Source: Thermofilum pendens Hrk 5 (lineage in GTDB: Archaea > Thermoproteota > Thermoprotei > Thermofilales > Thermofilaceae). Taken from it: 32,000 bases of DNA. A program made the position numbers and the translations under genes. Positions 23,531 to 30,939 of this stretch are shown here, one piece after another (the first letter of the stretch is position 1; every line of letters starts with the position of its first letter). The stretch covers positions 780,001 through 812,000 of the forward strand of contig NC_008698.1 of assembly GCF_000015225.1 (NCBI RefSeq), in the 5' to 3' direction. The notes beneath the pieces were generated by a model. That model ran no database searches. It was not told where the DNA came from and worked only from the letters and a program-made list of their open reading frames with translations.

Positions 23531-24607
23531 ATGTCAGTGTCACCAATGCAGGAGGCGCAGCGCCTAGACGTAGCGAGGTACCTCAGGGCTGGCTACAAGC
23601 TTGTAGGAAATCACAGCGCCGTTGCTGTGTGCAGGTGGACGAGGTCTGCGTTGCGCGGTGAGAGGTTATGCTACAAGAGCTGGTACGGCATACAGAGTCA
23701 TAGATGTCTCCAGATGACGCCTGTCCTTAACTTCTGCGACTTTGCCTGCAAGTTCTGCTGGAGAATGCACCTACCGGGCCGCTTCAAGCTCCCGCCGGGT
23801 TGGCGGTGGGACGAGCCTGAGGACATCATAAACGGGAGTATCGTGGCGCAGAGGCTCCTCTTGATAGGCTTCAAGGGGAACCCGAAGGTGTCGAGGGAGA
23901 GGTTTCTGGAGGCGATGTTTCCAAGGCATTTCACAATAAGCCTGGACGGCGAGCCGTCACTCTACCCCAAGCTTGCCGAGCTCGTGAAGAAGGTGAAGGA
24001 GCGTAACTTCACGGCTTTCCTCGTAACGAACGGGTCTATACCCATAAGGCTAGAGGAGCTCGTGAAAAGAGATGCCCAGCCGACGAACCTCTACCTGAGC
24101 CTTTACGGACCAAACAAGGAGGTCTTCACAGCGACAGCTGACCCGAGGATTCCGAACGCCTGGGAGAACGTTTTGAGGAGCCTCGAGCTCCTAGACAGGT
24201 TCACGGAGAGCAGGACTGTTCTCAGGCTTACGATGGTGAAGGATTTGAACATGGTAGACCCCGAGGGCTACTCGAAGCTTATTAAGCTCGGGAACCCCAT
24301 GTTCGTCGAGCTGAAAGGCTATACCTGGGTCGGGGAGAGCCAGAAGAGGCTACCTATATCAGCCATGCCGACAATCGAGGAGCTCGAAAAGTTCGCAAAG
24401 AAGCTGGAAGAGCTGACGGGCTACAAGGTGAAAGTGGAGGACGATAAAAGCCGGGTAGTAATGCTAGTGAGAGACGAGGATGTCTGGGAGAGGAACCTGA
24501 AGATGGTCGAGGAGTGGCGCGCGAGGGTCGCAAAGCTTGACGAGTCCTGGCGCTCCAAGGTCGAAGACTTCACGATGGAAGAGCACGGCAAGATCCTCTA
24601 CTACTAG
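23531..24607 (+). CDS. taw1: tRNA 4-demethylwyosine synthase (radical SAM, TYW1/Taw1)
   Basis: 358 aa. It has an N-terminal auxiliary Cys cluster (VCRWTRSALRGERLCYKSWYGIQSHRC) and a radical-SAM CDFACKFC motif. Size and C-terminal region are typical of archaeal Taw1. Confidence 0.9.
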   Translation: MSVSPMQEAQRLDVARYLRAGYKLVGNHSAVAVCRWTRSALRGERLCYKSWYGIQSHRCLQMTPVLNFCDFACKFCWRMHLPGRFKLPPGWRWDEPEDIINGSIVAQRLLLIGFKGNPKVSRERFLEAMFPRHFTISLDGEPSLYPKLAELVKKVKERNFTAFLVTNGSIPIRLEELVKRDAQPTNLYLSLYGPNKEVFTATADPRIPNAWENVLRSLELLDRFTESRTVLRLTMVKDLNMVDPEGYSKLIKLGNPMFVELKGYTWVGESQKRLPISAMPTIEELEKFAKKLEELTGYKVKVEDDKSRVVMLVRDEDVWERNLKMVEEWRARVAKLDESWRSKVEDFTMEEHGKILYY

Positions 24608-24623
24608 ACGTGCGTGAGCAGGC

Positions 24624-25346
24624 ATGACGGTAGTCGAGGAACTTCGGGCAGCGGTGAGCTCCAAGAAGCTTGTGGTTCTCGTTGCGAGGTGTACTGTCAC
24701 GTACGAGGGTAGGGCTTCTTCGAAGCTTGAAGAAGGAGATAGGGTCATTCTAATCAAGGAGGACGGCTCCGTAATCGTTCACAGGCCGGTGGGCTACGAG
24801 CCCGTGAACTACCAGCCCCCTGGAAGCGTGGTCTCGGTGGAGGGCGACGACGATGGCTTCAGGATTATCGTCACCCGCACTAAGAGAAGGGAAAGGCTCC
24901 TCATAGAGGTGCACAGCGTGAAGCACTTCTTCTCCGCTAAGCTCGAAGACAGCGCTCGGTTTACGATGTGGGGGGACGAGGAGGACTTAAGAAGGGCGAT
25001 CCTCGCAGACCCCTCAAAAATGCTCGGAGAGAATCTGAAGCCTGTAGGCGCAGAGGTCTCCCTGGGCTCGGCCGGCTTCGCGGATGCCGTGTTCGTAGAC
25101 TCCGAGGGGAACCTCGTCGTAGTGGAGGTTAAGCGTGAGAAGGCCAGCGTCGAGGCAGTCTACCAGCTGAAGCGCTACGTGGAGAGGATAAAGAGGGAGA
25201 CGGGGAGGAAGGTGAGGGGGATCCTGGCAGCGCCCGGCTTCACGGTGTCGGCGATCAGAGCCCTTAAGGCTGAGGGCTTGGAGTACAGGCAAGTCAGCAT
25301 GAAGGATGCCAGGGAAGTGCTGAGTCGGTTGACGGCCTTCTGGTAA
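24624..25346 (+). CDS. nucS: endonuclease NucS / EndoMS (mismatch-specific, RecB-like nuclease)
   Basis: 240 aa. N-terminal ssDNA/dimerisation domain (VLVARCTVTYEGRASSKLEEGDRVILIKEDGSVIVH). C-terminal PD-(D/E)xK region (FADAVFVDSEGNLVVVEVKREKAS...YQLKRY). A PIP-like C-terminal LSRLTAFW is present. Confidence 0.9.
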   Translation: MTVVEELRAAVSSKKLVVLVARCTVTYEGRASSKLEEGDRVILIKEDGSVIVHRPVGYEPVNYQPPGSVVSVEGDDDGFRIIVTRTKRRERLLIEVHSVKHFFSAKLEDSARFTMWGDEEDLRRAILADPSKMLGENLKPVGAEVSLGSAGFADAVFVDSEGNLVVVEVKREKASVEAVYQLKRYVERIKRETGRKVRGILAAPGFTVSAIRALKAEGLEYRQVSMKDAREVLSRLTAFW

Positions 25347-25402
25347 ACGCCGGGACACAGACACAGAAAGAGGTATCGCGTGCGTGCGCGACGCTTAAAT
25401 AC

Positions 25403-26125
25403 GTGCGAATAAAGGAGTTATTAGAGAGCGTCGTGGCAGTGGCTATAACATTGTTCGGAGCCCCTGGCACGTATAGCTTAGAGGAGATAGCGGGTAAACT
25501 GAGGAACCTCTCGTTACTTAAATCTAGGGTGAACTTCCTGGGAAAGGAGTTCGAGCTGGGAGTACGCGTCGAGGAGTTGAGGGTCGAAGGAGGCGCGGTT
25601 GTAGGTGTGCTTGTCGAGGTTTACCAAGAAGCGCTGGACCTGGATGGCGAGTCCTTGGTGGTCCCCGTGAAGAGGAGGGTGCGCTTCGCCTTCGTCGAAT
25701 ACAAAGGAAGCCTCTACCTGCTCGTTTTCGCTGGGAGAAGGCTCGCCTCCAGAGTGGCTGAGTTGCTTTCCGAGAACATCTACGGGAGTGGCGGCGAGAT
25801 CTACGGCACGTACCTTTCGCCAGAGGCGCTTAGAAGGATATACGGGGGCAAGGAGGTTAGGCAGGTCGTGTTCGAGAGCGCCGAGGGGAGAGGGTTGAGG
25901 ACAGCCGTGCTCTACGGCGAGGATCTAGCCTCTGCCTTGGGCGAGGAATTCGCGAGGAACAGGAGCGAAAAGTACGTCGTTTACAGGGACGACGCCGGGG
26001 TTTTCGGTGTTAGCAGGAACGGCGTCGTTGTATGTTTTTCGCCGTTAACACTGGAGGAGATAATCGAGTACCTATCCGAGGAGGTGTTACCGCTCCTCGA
26101 GCCTCCCCCGGGTACCGGCGAGTAG
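25403..26125 (+). CDS. hypothetical protein, family not recognised
   Basis: 240-aa ORF (GTG) with good coding-like composition. The start is uncertain: a CGCTTAAATAC box sits directly against GTG 25403, and GTG 25433 is an alternative. Confidence 0.6.
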   Translation: MRIKELLESVVAVAITLFGAPGTYSLEEIAGKLRNLSLLKSRVNFLGKEFELGVRVEELRVEGGAVVGVLVEVYQEALDLDGESLVVPVKRRVRFAFVEYKGSLYLLVFAGRRLASRVAELLSENIYGSGGEIYGTYLSPEALRRIYGGKEVRQVVFESAEGRGLRTAVLYGEDLASALGEEFARNRSEKYVVYRDDAGVFGVSRNGVVVCFSPLTLEEIIEYLSEEVLPLLEPPPGTGE

Positions 26126-26133
26126 CGGGCTTC

Positions 26134-26988
26134 TCAGCGGAACCTCGAAAGGAGCCTGGTGAGGTCAGGCGGCGAGAGAGGTCTCAGAGCTGGCGGGGGG
26201 TTCATCGCGTGGCTGAAAGCCTCTTCTAGCGTTGGGCGTTCAACCTCGTAGAAGACGCCTATTGGTATTCTCTCCGTCTCCATTGCCCTCCTGAAAGCTT
26301 GCTCCAGGCTCTTAACGTCGTGGCCCGTTTCTTCGAGCTTGTAGACCTTTTCCCGAAGGATCGAGTAGGTATTAAAGAACGTTACACATGGTTGGAGCAC
26401 GTCTATGAAGGCGAACCCCTTGTGCAGTATGGCGCGCTTGATGAGCTCTTTCAGGTGGTCCACCTCGCCGCTGAAGCCCCGTGCCACGAAGGTAGCCCCG
26501 CTCGCGAGTGCAAGCAAGAGCGGGTTAAGGGGGTGCTCGGGGTTTCCGAACGGCGTAGACTTCGTCTTTACCCCTAGGGGCGTCGTAGGCGTTACTTGTC
26601 CCGTCGTGAGCCCGAAAACCATGTTGTTATGGACAATAAGCTTGATGTCTATGTTTCGACGGGCGGCGTGTGGCAGGTGCCCTAGCCCTATCGCGTAGGC
26701 GTCTCCGTCGCCGCTATGCCCGATCACCGTTAAGTTGGGATTTGCGAGCTTAATGCCCGTGGCGAGCGGGAGGACGCGACCATGGATCGTGTGAAAGCCG
26801 TTTGTCTTCATGTAGTCGCTTATCCTGCCGTGGCAACCGATCCCCGTGACTATGACCACGTTCTCCGGTTTAAGTTCGAGCTCTGCCAAGGCTTTCCTGA
26901 GGGCCAAGAGCACGCCGTAGTTACCGCAACCGGGGCACCACACGGGCCGTTTACCGGTATCGTAGATCGCGGGATCCAACGCGGTCAC
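26134..26988 (-). CDS. 2-oxoacid:ferredoxin oxidoreductase, beta (TPP-binding) subunit
   Basis: ORF track 26134..27015 (TTG). GTG 26988 is preferred because it forms a GTGA overlap with the alpha-subunit stop and GGAGG lies 4 nt upstream. Motifs: WCPGCGNYG, GIGCHG, GDGDAYAIG. Confidence 0.92.
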   Translation of the reverse strand: MTALDPAIYDTGKRPVWCPGCGNYGVLLALRKALAELELKPENVVIVTGIGCHGRISDYMKTNGFHTIHGRVLPLATGIKLANPNLTVIGHSGDGDAYAIGLGHLPHAARRNIDIKLIVHNNMVFGLTTGQVTPTTPLGVKTKSTPFGNPEHPLNPLLLALASGATFVARGFSGEVDHLKELIKRAILHKGFAFIDVLQPCVTFFNTYSILREKVYKLEETGHDVKSLEQAFRRAMETERIPIGVFYEVERPTLEEAFSHAMNPPPALRPLSPPDLTRLLSRFR

Positions 26989-28700
26989 CTCGCCTCCAGG
27001 TGCGACGCGATCCAAGCCTCTACGTCCTCCGGGTAGAACTGCCTCCCGTCGTACTTCAGGAGCACGTCGGCCGGCTCCAGGAACAGGTGTTCTCTCAGCA
27101 AGGAGACGAGCTGCCCCGTCATGTTGTTCTCGATGACCAGGATCTTTTTGCCGTGAACGGCCGACTTAACCTTGTTCTTCGGGAAGGGCTCCAGCCATAC
27201 CACCTGGAGGAGACCTACGCCGCTAATCCTCCTTAAGGCCTCTAGTACTATCATCTTCGTAGACCCCCATGTGACTACGAGTACTTCTCCGTCTCCGTAG
27301 ACCTCGACGCCGCTCCTCTCGGCCTCCTCCCGTAGCTTCCTTAGCTTGAGGAACCGTTTCTCCTGCATAGCCTTGACCTTCAACGGGTCGATAGTCCCGA
27401 AGCCGTACTCGTCGTGTTCACTCGTGTTGGCGTAAACAAGAGAGCCCGGGGTTCCCGGGAAGACCATCGGGGAAACACCGTCCTCTGTTAGCTTGTACCT
27501 GGGAAAGGTCCCGTTGACGCTCTCCCTGGATACTTTCCCTTCTTCAACGCCGAGCTGGGGTAGGTCCTTCAGGGTCCAGTAGCTCTCACCCAGGTACTTG
27601 TCCGAAAGGATGATCACCGGTACCTGGTACTTCCACGCAAGATTAAGCCCCACGTTACCGAGCACGTAGGCCTGGTAGGGGTCGCCGGGCGCTAGGACTA
27701 CCCTCGGGAACTCGCCCTGGGAGGCGTGAATTACGAACCTGAGGTCGCCCTGCGCGGTATGCGTGGGTAGCCCCGTGGAGGGCCCTGGACGCTGAACCTC
27801 GACTATGAGTATCGGCGTCTCCGTCATCGCGGCTTGACCGAGTGCTTCCACCATAAGCGAGAACCCACCCCCGCTCGTCGCGACCATTGAGCGCGCACCG
27901 GCGTACGCGGCGCCGATGGCCATGTTGATAGCTGCTAGCTCGCTTTCCGGCTGAAAGACCACTATGCCGAGGTCTCTCTGCACCTCTGCCAGAAAGTGTA
28001 GTATCGGGGAAGCCGGCGTCATTGGGTAAGCGGCAAAGAAAGTTAGGCCGGCGGACAGCGCTCCCAGAGCAACGGCGGAGTTCCCGTCTATCAAGAGGCT
28101 CCGCCCCTCCTCTGCGGGCTTTAGGGACATAACCCTGTCCCTAACCCCCAGCTCCAAGGACCTTCCAAGCTCGAACCCCCTTCTAAGCAGTCTAGCGTTA
28201 AGCTCCGCAGCTTCTTTTTTGCCTCTAAACTGGTCGTAGATAACCCTCTCGGCTATTTCGATCCTTAGCCCGAGCGCCCCCAGAAGCACGCCGACGCCGA
28301 CGGTATTGCTTGCAACGCTGGGACCCCCCTCTTCCTTGACTATCCTGCGCAGGGGGAAAGCTACCACCCTGGGGTCCGCCTGCGTGGGCGCATCTCCCTC
28401 ATCGCATACCACAATGCCACCGTTCTTCAGATCGGCTATGTGTACTTCCGCCGAGAACTTATCCAAGGCTAGAACAGCGTCAACAGTCTTCCTGTGGGAG
28501 TAGCTGTAGCCTCCGAAGACAGCCCTCACCTGTGCCCACTGGTGGCCTCCCCTGATCAGGGAGGGGTACTCGTTCGTTACGAAAACGCTGAAGCCGTGCC
28601 GCATCAGGGTTTTCCCTAGGAGCAGGCTCGACGCGAACACACCTGCCCCGGCCGGTCCTGCCACCATGAGGCCTAAATCGATTACATTCTCCACAGGCAC
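26985..28700 (-). CDS. 2-oxoacid:ferredoxin oxidoreductase, alpha subunit (fused gamma+alpha domains)
   Basis: 571 aa. The N-terminal gamma-like domain has GPAGAGVFASSLLLGK...EYPSLIRGGH, followed by an alpha core (FAAYPMTPAS, ATSGGGFSLM). This is the two-subunit Sulfolobus/Aeropyrum-type architecture. Confidence 0.92.
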   Translation of the reverse strand: MPVENVIDLGLMVAGPAGAGVFASSLLLGKTLMRHGFSVFVTNEYPSLIRGGHQWAQVRAVFGGYSYSHRKTVDAVLALDKFSAEVHIADLKNGGIVVCDEGDAPTQADPRVVAFPLRRIVKEEGGPSVASNTVGVGVLLGALGLRIEIAERVIYDQFRGKKEAAELNARLLRRGFELGRSLELGVRDRVMSLKPAEEGRSLLIDGNSAVALGALSAGLTFFAAYPMTPASPILHFLAEVQRDLGIVVFQPESELAAINMAIGAAYAGARSMVATSGGGFSLMVEALGQAAMTETPILIVEVQRPGPSTGLPTHTAQGDLRFVIHASQGEFPRVVLAPGDPYQAYVLGNVGLNLAWKYQVPVIILSDKYLGESYWTLKDLPQLGVEEGKVSRESVNGTFPRYKLTEDGVSPMVFPGTPGSLVYANTSEHDEYGFGTIDPLKVKAMQEKRFLKLRKLREEAERSGVEVYGDGEVLVVTWGSTKMIVLEALRRISGVGLLQVVWLEPFPKNKVKSAVHGKKILVIENNMTGQLVSLLREHLFLEPADVLLKYDGRQFYPEDVEAWIASHLEAR

Positions 28701-28766
28701 ACCGCTTTGAATTATGTAAAGCTAAGTCTAAAAAGATTCTTTCGAATGTCATGTGTAGGCAAAGCT

Positions 28767-29243
28767 ATGATGCCAGCAGATAACGTTGCGCCGAGCGGGA
28801 AAGGAATTTACATATTGTTGATAGTGCTGAAGAGTGACGCTAAATTATCTTCAATTAGCGGCAAGGAAGTCACTCTGCGTGCGGGTATCTACCTCTATCT
28901 AGGCTCTGCCAAGGGGCCGGGCGGGCTTAGGGCGCGAGTTTCCAGGCATCTAAGGCGCGAGAAGAGGGTGCACTGGCATATCGACAGGCTCCTAGCCGCG
29001 CCAGGGGCAAGCGTAGCCTACGTGGTTTACGGCGAGACGCATCTTCCAGAGTGTGTGCTTACGCGCCCACTGGAAGAGCTAGGGTGCAGGCACCCTCTCC
29101 CGGGCTTCGGGTCGTCTGACTGCAAGCATGGATGCACGTCTCACTTGCTCGAATGCGGCGGGGGCGAGAAAGATTGCCTCGAAAAAGCGGTTGAAGCCTT
29201 CAGAAGAAACGGGGTAACCCCCGGCGTGCTTCACGTGAGCTAG
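28767..29243 (+). CDS. DUF123 / GIY-YIG (URI) superfamily putative endonuclease
   Basis: ORF track 28707..29243, trimmed to ATGATG 28767. GIYLYLGSAKGPGGLRARVSRHLRREKRVHWHIDRL and PGFGSSDCKHGCTSHL are the DUF123 hallmarks as I recall them. Confidence 0.75.
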   Translation: MMPADNVAPSGKGIYILLIVLKSDAKLSSISGKEVTLRAGIYLYLGSAKGPGGLRARVSRHLRREKRVHWHIDRLLAAPGASVAYVVYGETHLPECVLTRPLEELGCRHPLPGFGSSDCKHGCTSHLLECGGGEKDCLEKAVEAFRRNGVTPGVLHVS

Positions 29244-30481
29244 ATTTCCTCTAGCCTGCTTAGTTGCTCTAAGACGCGCGCCCTTACCTCTTGAGGCGAC
29301 TCAACTCTCTTTGTGGGCCGCCCGTCTTCAATGAACGTTTCAAGCAGTGGCTCCATCTGGGCACCGCACTTCGGGCACACCGGTGGCTCGGAGCCTTCGA
29401 GTACGACTACGTCGACCATGCACTTATCGCAGCGGTACACCTGCTTCTTCCCAGGGAGCTTCCCCCTCTTCGAGATCGGCACCCACCTGCCCTCCCGCTT
29501 TACAGCCGTTATGTCCATGGCGAAGTCTATCGGGGGGGCTGTGGATATGGCGGCTCCAACGCCGAAGGCGTCCGCCCCGGCGCGCGCGAGGGACGGAATC
29601 CTGTACTCGTCGATGCCTCCGCTTACGACTATCTTGACGTGCTTGTAGCCCAGGGTGTCCAGCCTCCACCTCACCTCGCGTATGATGTCCTCGAAGTTCC
29701 CCCTCCTACTCCCCGGTGTGTCGAGCCTGACCCCCCACAGCTTCTCGCCAAGGGTTTTCGCCGCGAGAACTACCTCCTCCGTTTCGTCGAAGAAGGTGTC
29801 CGCCAAGGCAACCCTCGCGACGTCTTTCTCGATTACCTCGTCGAACGCCTTCCAGCCCAGAGAGTGGTCTCCCTTGAAGGCCCTGAAGATTATGAGCAGG
29901 CTGTGGGGCATAGTGCCCGTAGGCTTTATGCCGAGGGCCTCTGCCCCTAAAACTGCGGATACGGCGTCGGCGCCGCCTATATATGCGTAGAACTCCACGA
30001 AGGGAGCCAGGGCGGGGTGCTGGCGCCTAGCGCCGAAGGATAACACGAGCTTATCGCCCGCTGCTTTCTTGACCCTGGCGGCCTTAGTCGCTATGCCGCT
30101 GGCAGACGCCAGGAAGCCGAGCAGCGGGGTTTCCAGCTCTACGAACTCGCCGTAAGGTCCTTCCACAGTTAAGACGGGGATCTTGTAGCCGTAGTAGTCC
30201 TGCGCCTTGAAGAGCGTGCCCTCCGGGAGAGCGCGCACCGTGACCCTCTTACCCTCCAACAGCTTCAATACCTCTCTCAAACCCGCGAAGACGCCCCACC
30301 GGTAGTCCTCAGGCAACCGGCTAGCGGTAACCTCCATGTGAACCTCGGCGTCGAGCAACCCGTACTTTTCGAGGATCCTACGGGTCCTGACGAAGTAGAT
30401 GTCCGTGGTCAGCCCGGCCTTGATTTCATCGAAGGTTGCGTAGATGAAACGCTTCTCCCATGCTTCGCTTCTTTGAGCCAC
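29240..30481 (-). CDS. pncB: nicotinate phosphoribosyltransferase (archaeal type with C-terminal zinc ribbon)
   Basis: 413 aa. TDIYFVRT at the N-terminus, a type II PRTase barrel (GTMPHSLL, RLDTPGSRRG, VSGGI), and a C-terminal CDKC...CPKCG. Confidence 0.88.
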   Translation of the reverse strand: MAQRSEAWEKRFIYATFDEIKAGLTTDIYFVRTRRILEKYGLLDAEVHMEVTASRLPEDYRWGVFAGLREVLKLLEGKRVTVRALPEGTLFKAQDYYGYKIPVLTVEGPYGEFVELETPLLGFLASASGIATKAARVKKAAGDKLVLSFGARRQHPALAPFVEFYAYIGGADAVSAVLGAEALGIKPTGTMPHSLLIIFRAFKGDHSLGWKAFDEVIEKDVARVALADTFFDETEEVVLAAKTLGEKLWGVRLDTPGSRRGNFEDIIREVRWRLDTLGYKHVKIVVSGGIDEYRIPSLARAGADAFGVGAAISTAPPIDFAMDITAVKREGRWVPISKRGKLPGKKQVYRCDKCMVDVVVLEGSEPPVCPKCGAQMEPLLETFIEDGRPTKRVESPQEVRARVLEQLSRLEEI

Positions 30482-30532
30482 AACTTAGTACGTAAAGGTC
30501 ACGCTCTTAAGAGTTTCTCTACGCGAGCGTTG

Positions 30533-30877
30533 CTACAGAGGCTCGCGGCGCTGTAGGGCTCTTTCTCTGCCCTCCTCCCGCGGCTGGCGGGCTACCTCTC
30601 CGTCCGCCTCGCCGGAGTACTGTGCTTCGTCTGTGATACCGTGGAGCAGGACCTCATTGTTGATGAAGAGCTCGACCCTTTTAGAGTTACGTACCTCTCT
30701 GATAAGCCCGACTCTCTCCAGTATGACTAGGTGCCCGCTCAGGGAGCCTATGCTGACTCCGAGGCTTCTGGACAGCTGCCTAATGGACGCCCCAGGGTTG
30801 TCCAGTAGGTACGTGACGATCCTCCTCCTGAGAGGGTTCTTTAGAGCCTCCCTGAGCGTCAGCACCTTCGAAGGCAT
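30533..30877 (-). CDS. ArsR-like winged-helix DNA-binding protein with an acidic, disordered tail
   Basis: This is the internal ATG (30877) of the 264-aa ORF 30533..31327. LKNPLRRRIVTYLLDNPGASIRQLSRSLGVSIGSLSGHLVILERVGLIREV is an ArsR-type HTH. AAGGTG lies 8-13 nt upstream. The longer N-terminal extension is Arg-rich and overlaps the helicase gene. Confidence 0.7.
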   Translation of the reverse strand: MPSKVLTLREALKNPLRRRIVTYLLDNPGASIRQLSRSLGVSIGSLSGHLVILERVGLIREVRNSKRVELFINNEVLLHGITDEAQYSGEADGEVARQPREEGRERALQRREPL

Positions 30878-30939
30878 TAGCCCTGCACCTTGCTGTGGAA
30901 GAGGTGAAGGAGATCTAGATAAACCTTTTTTGACGCGCG

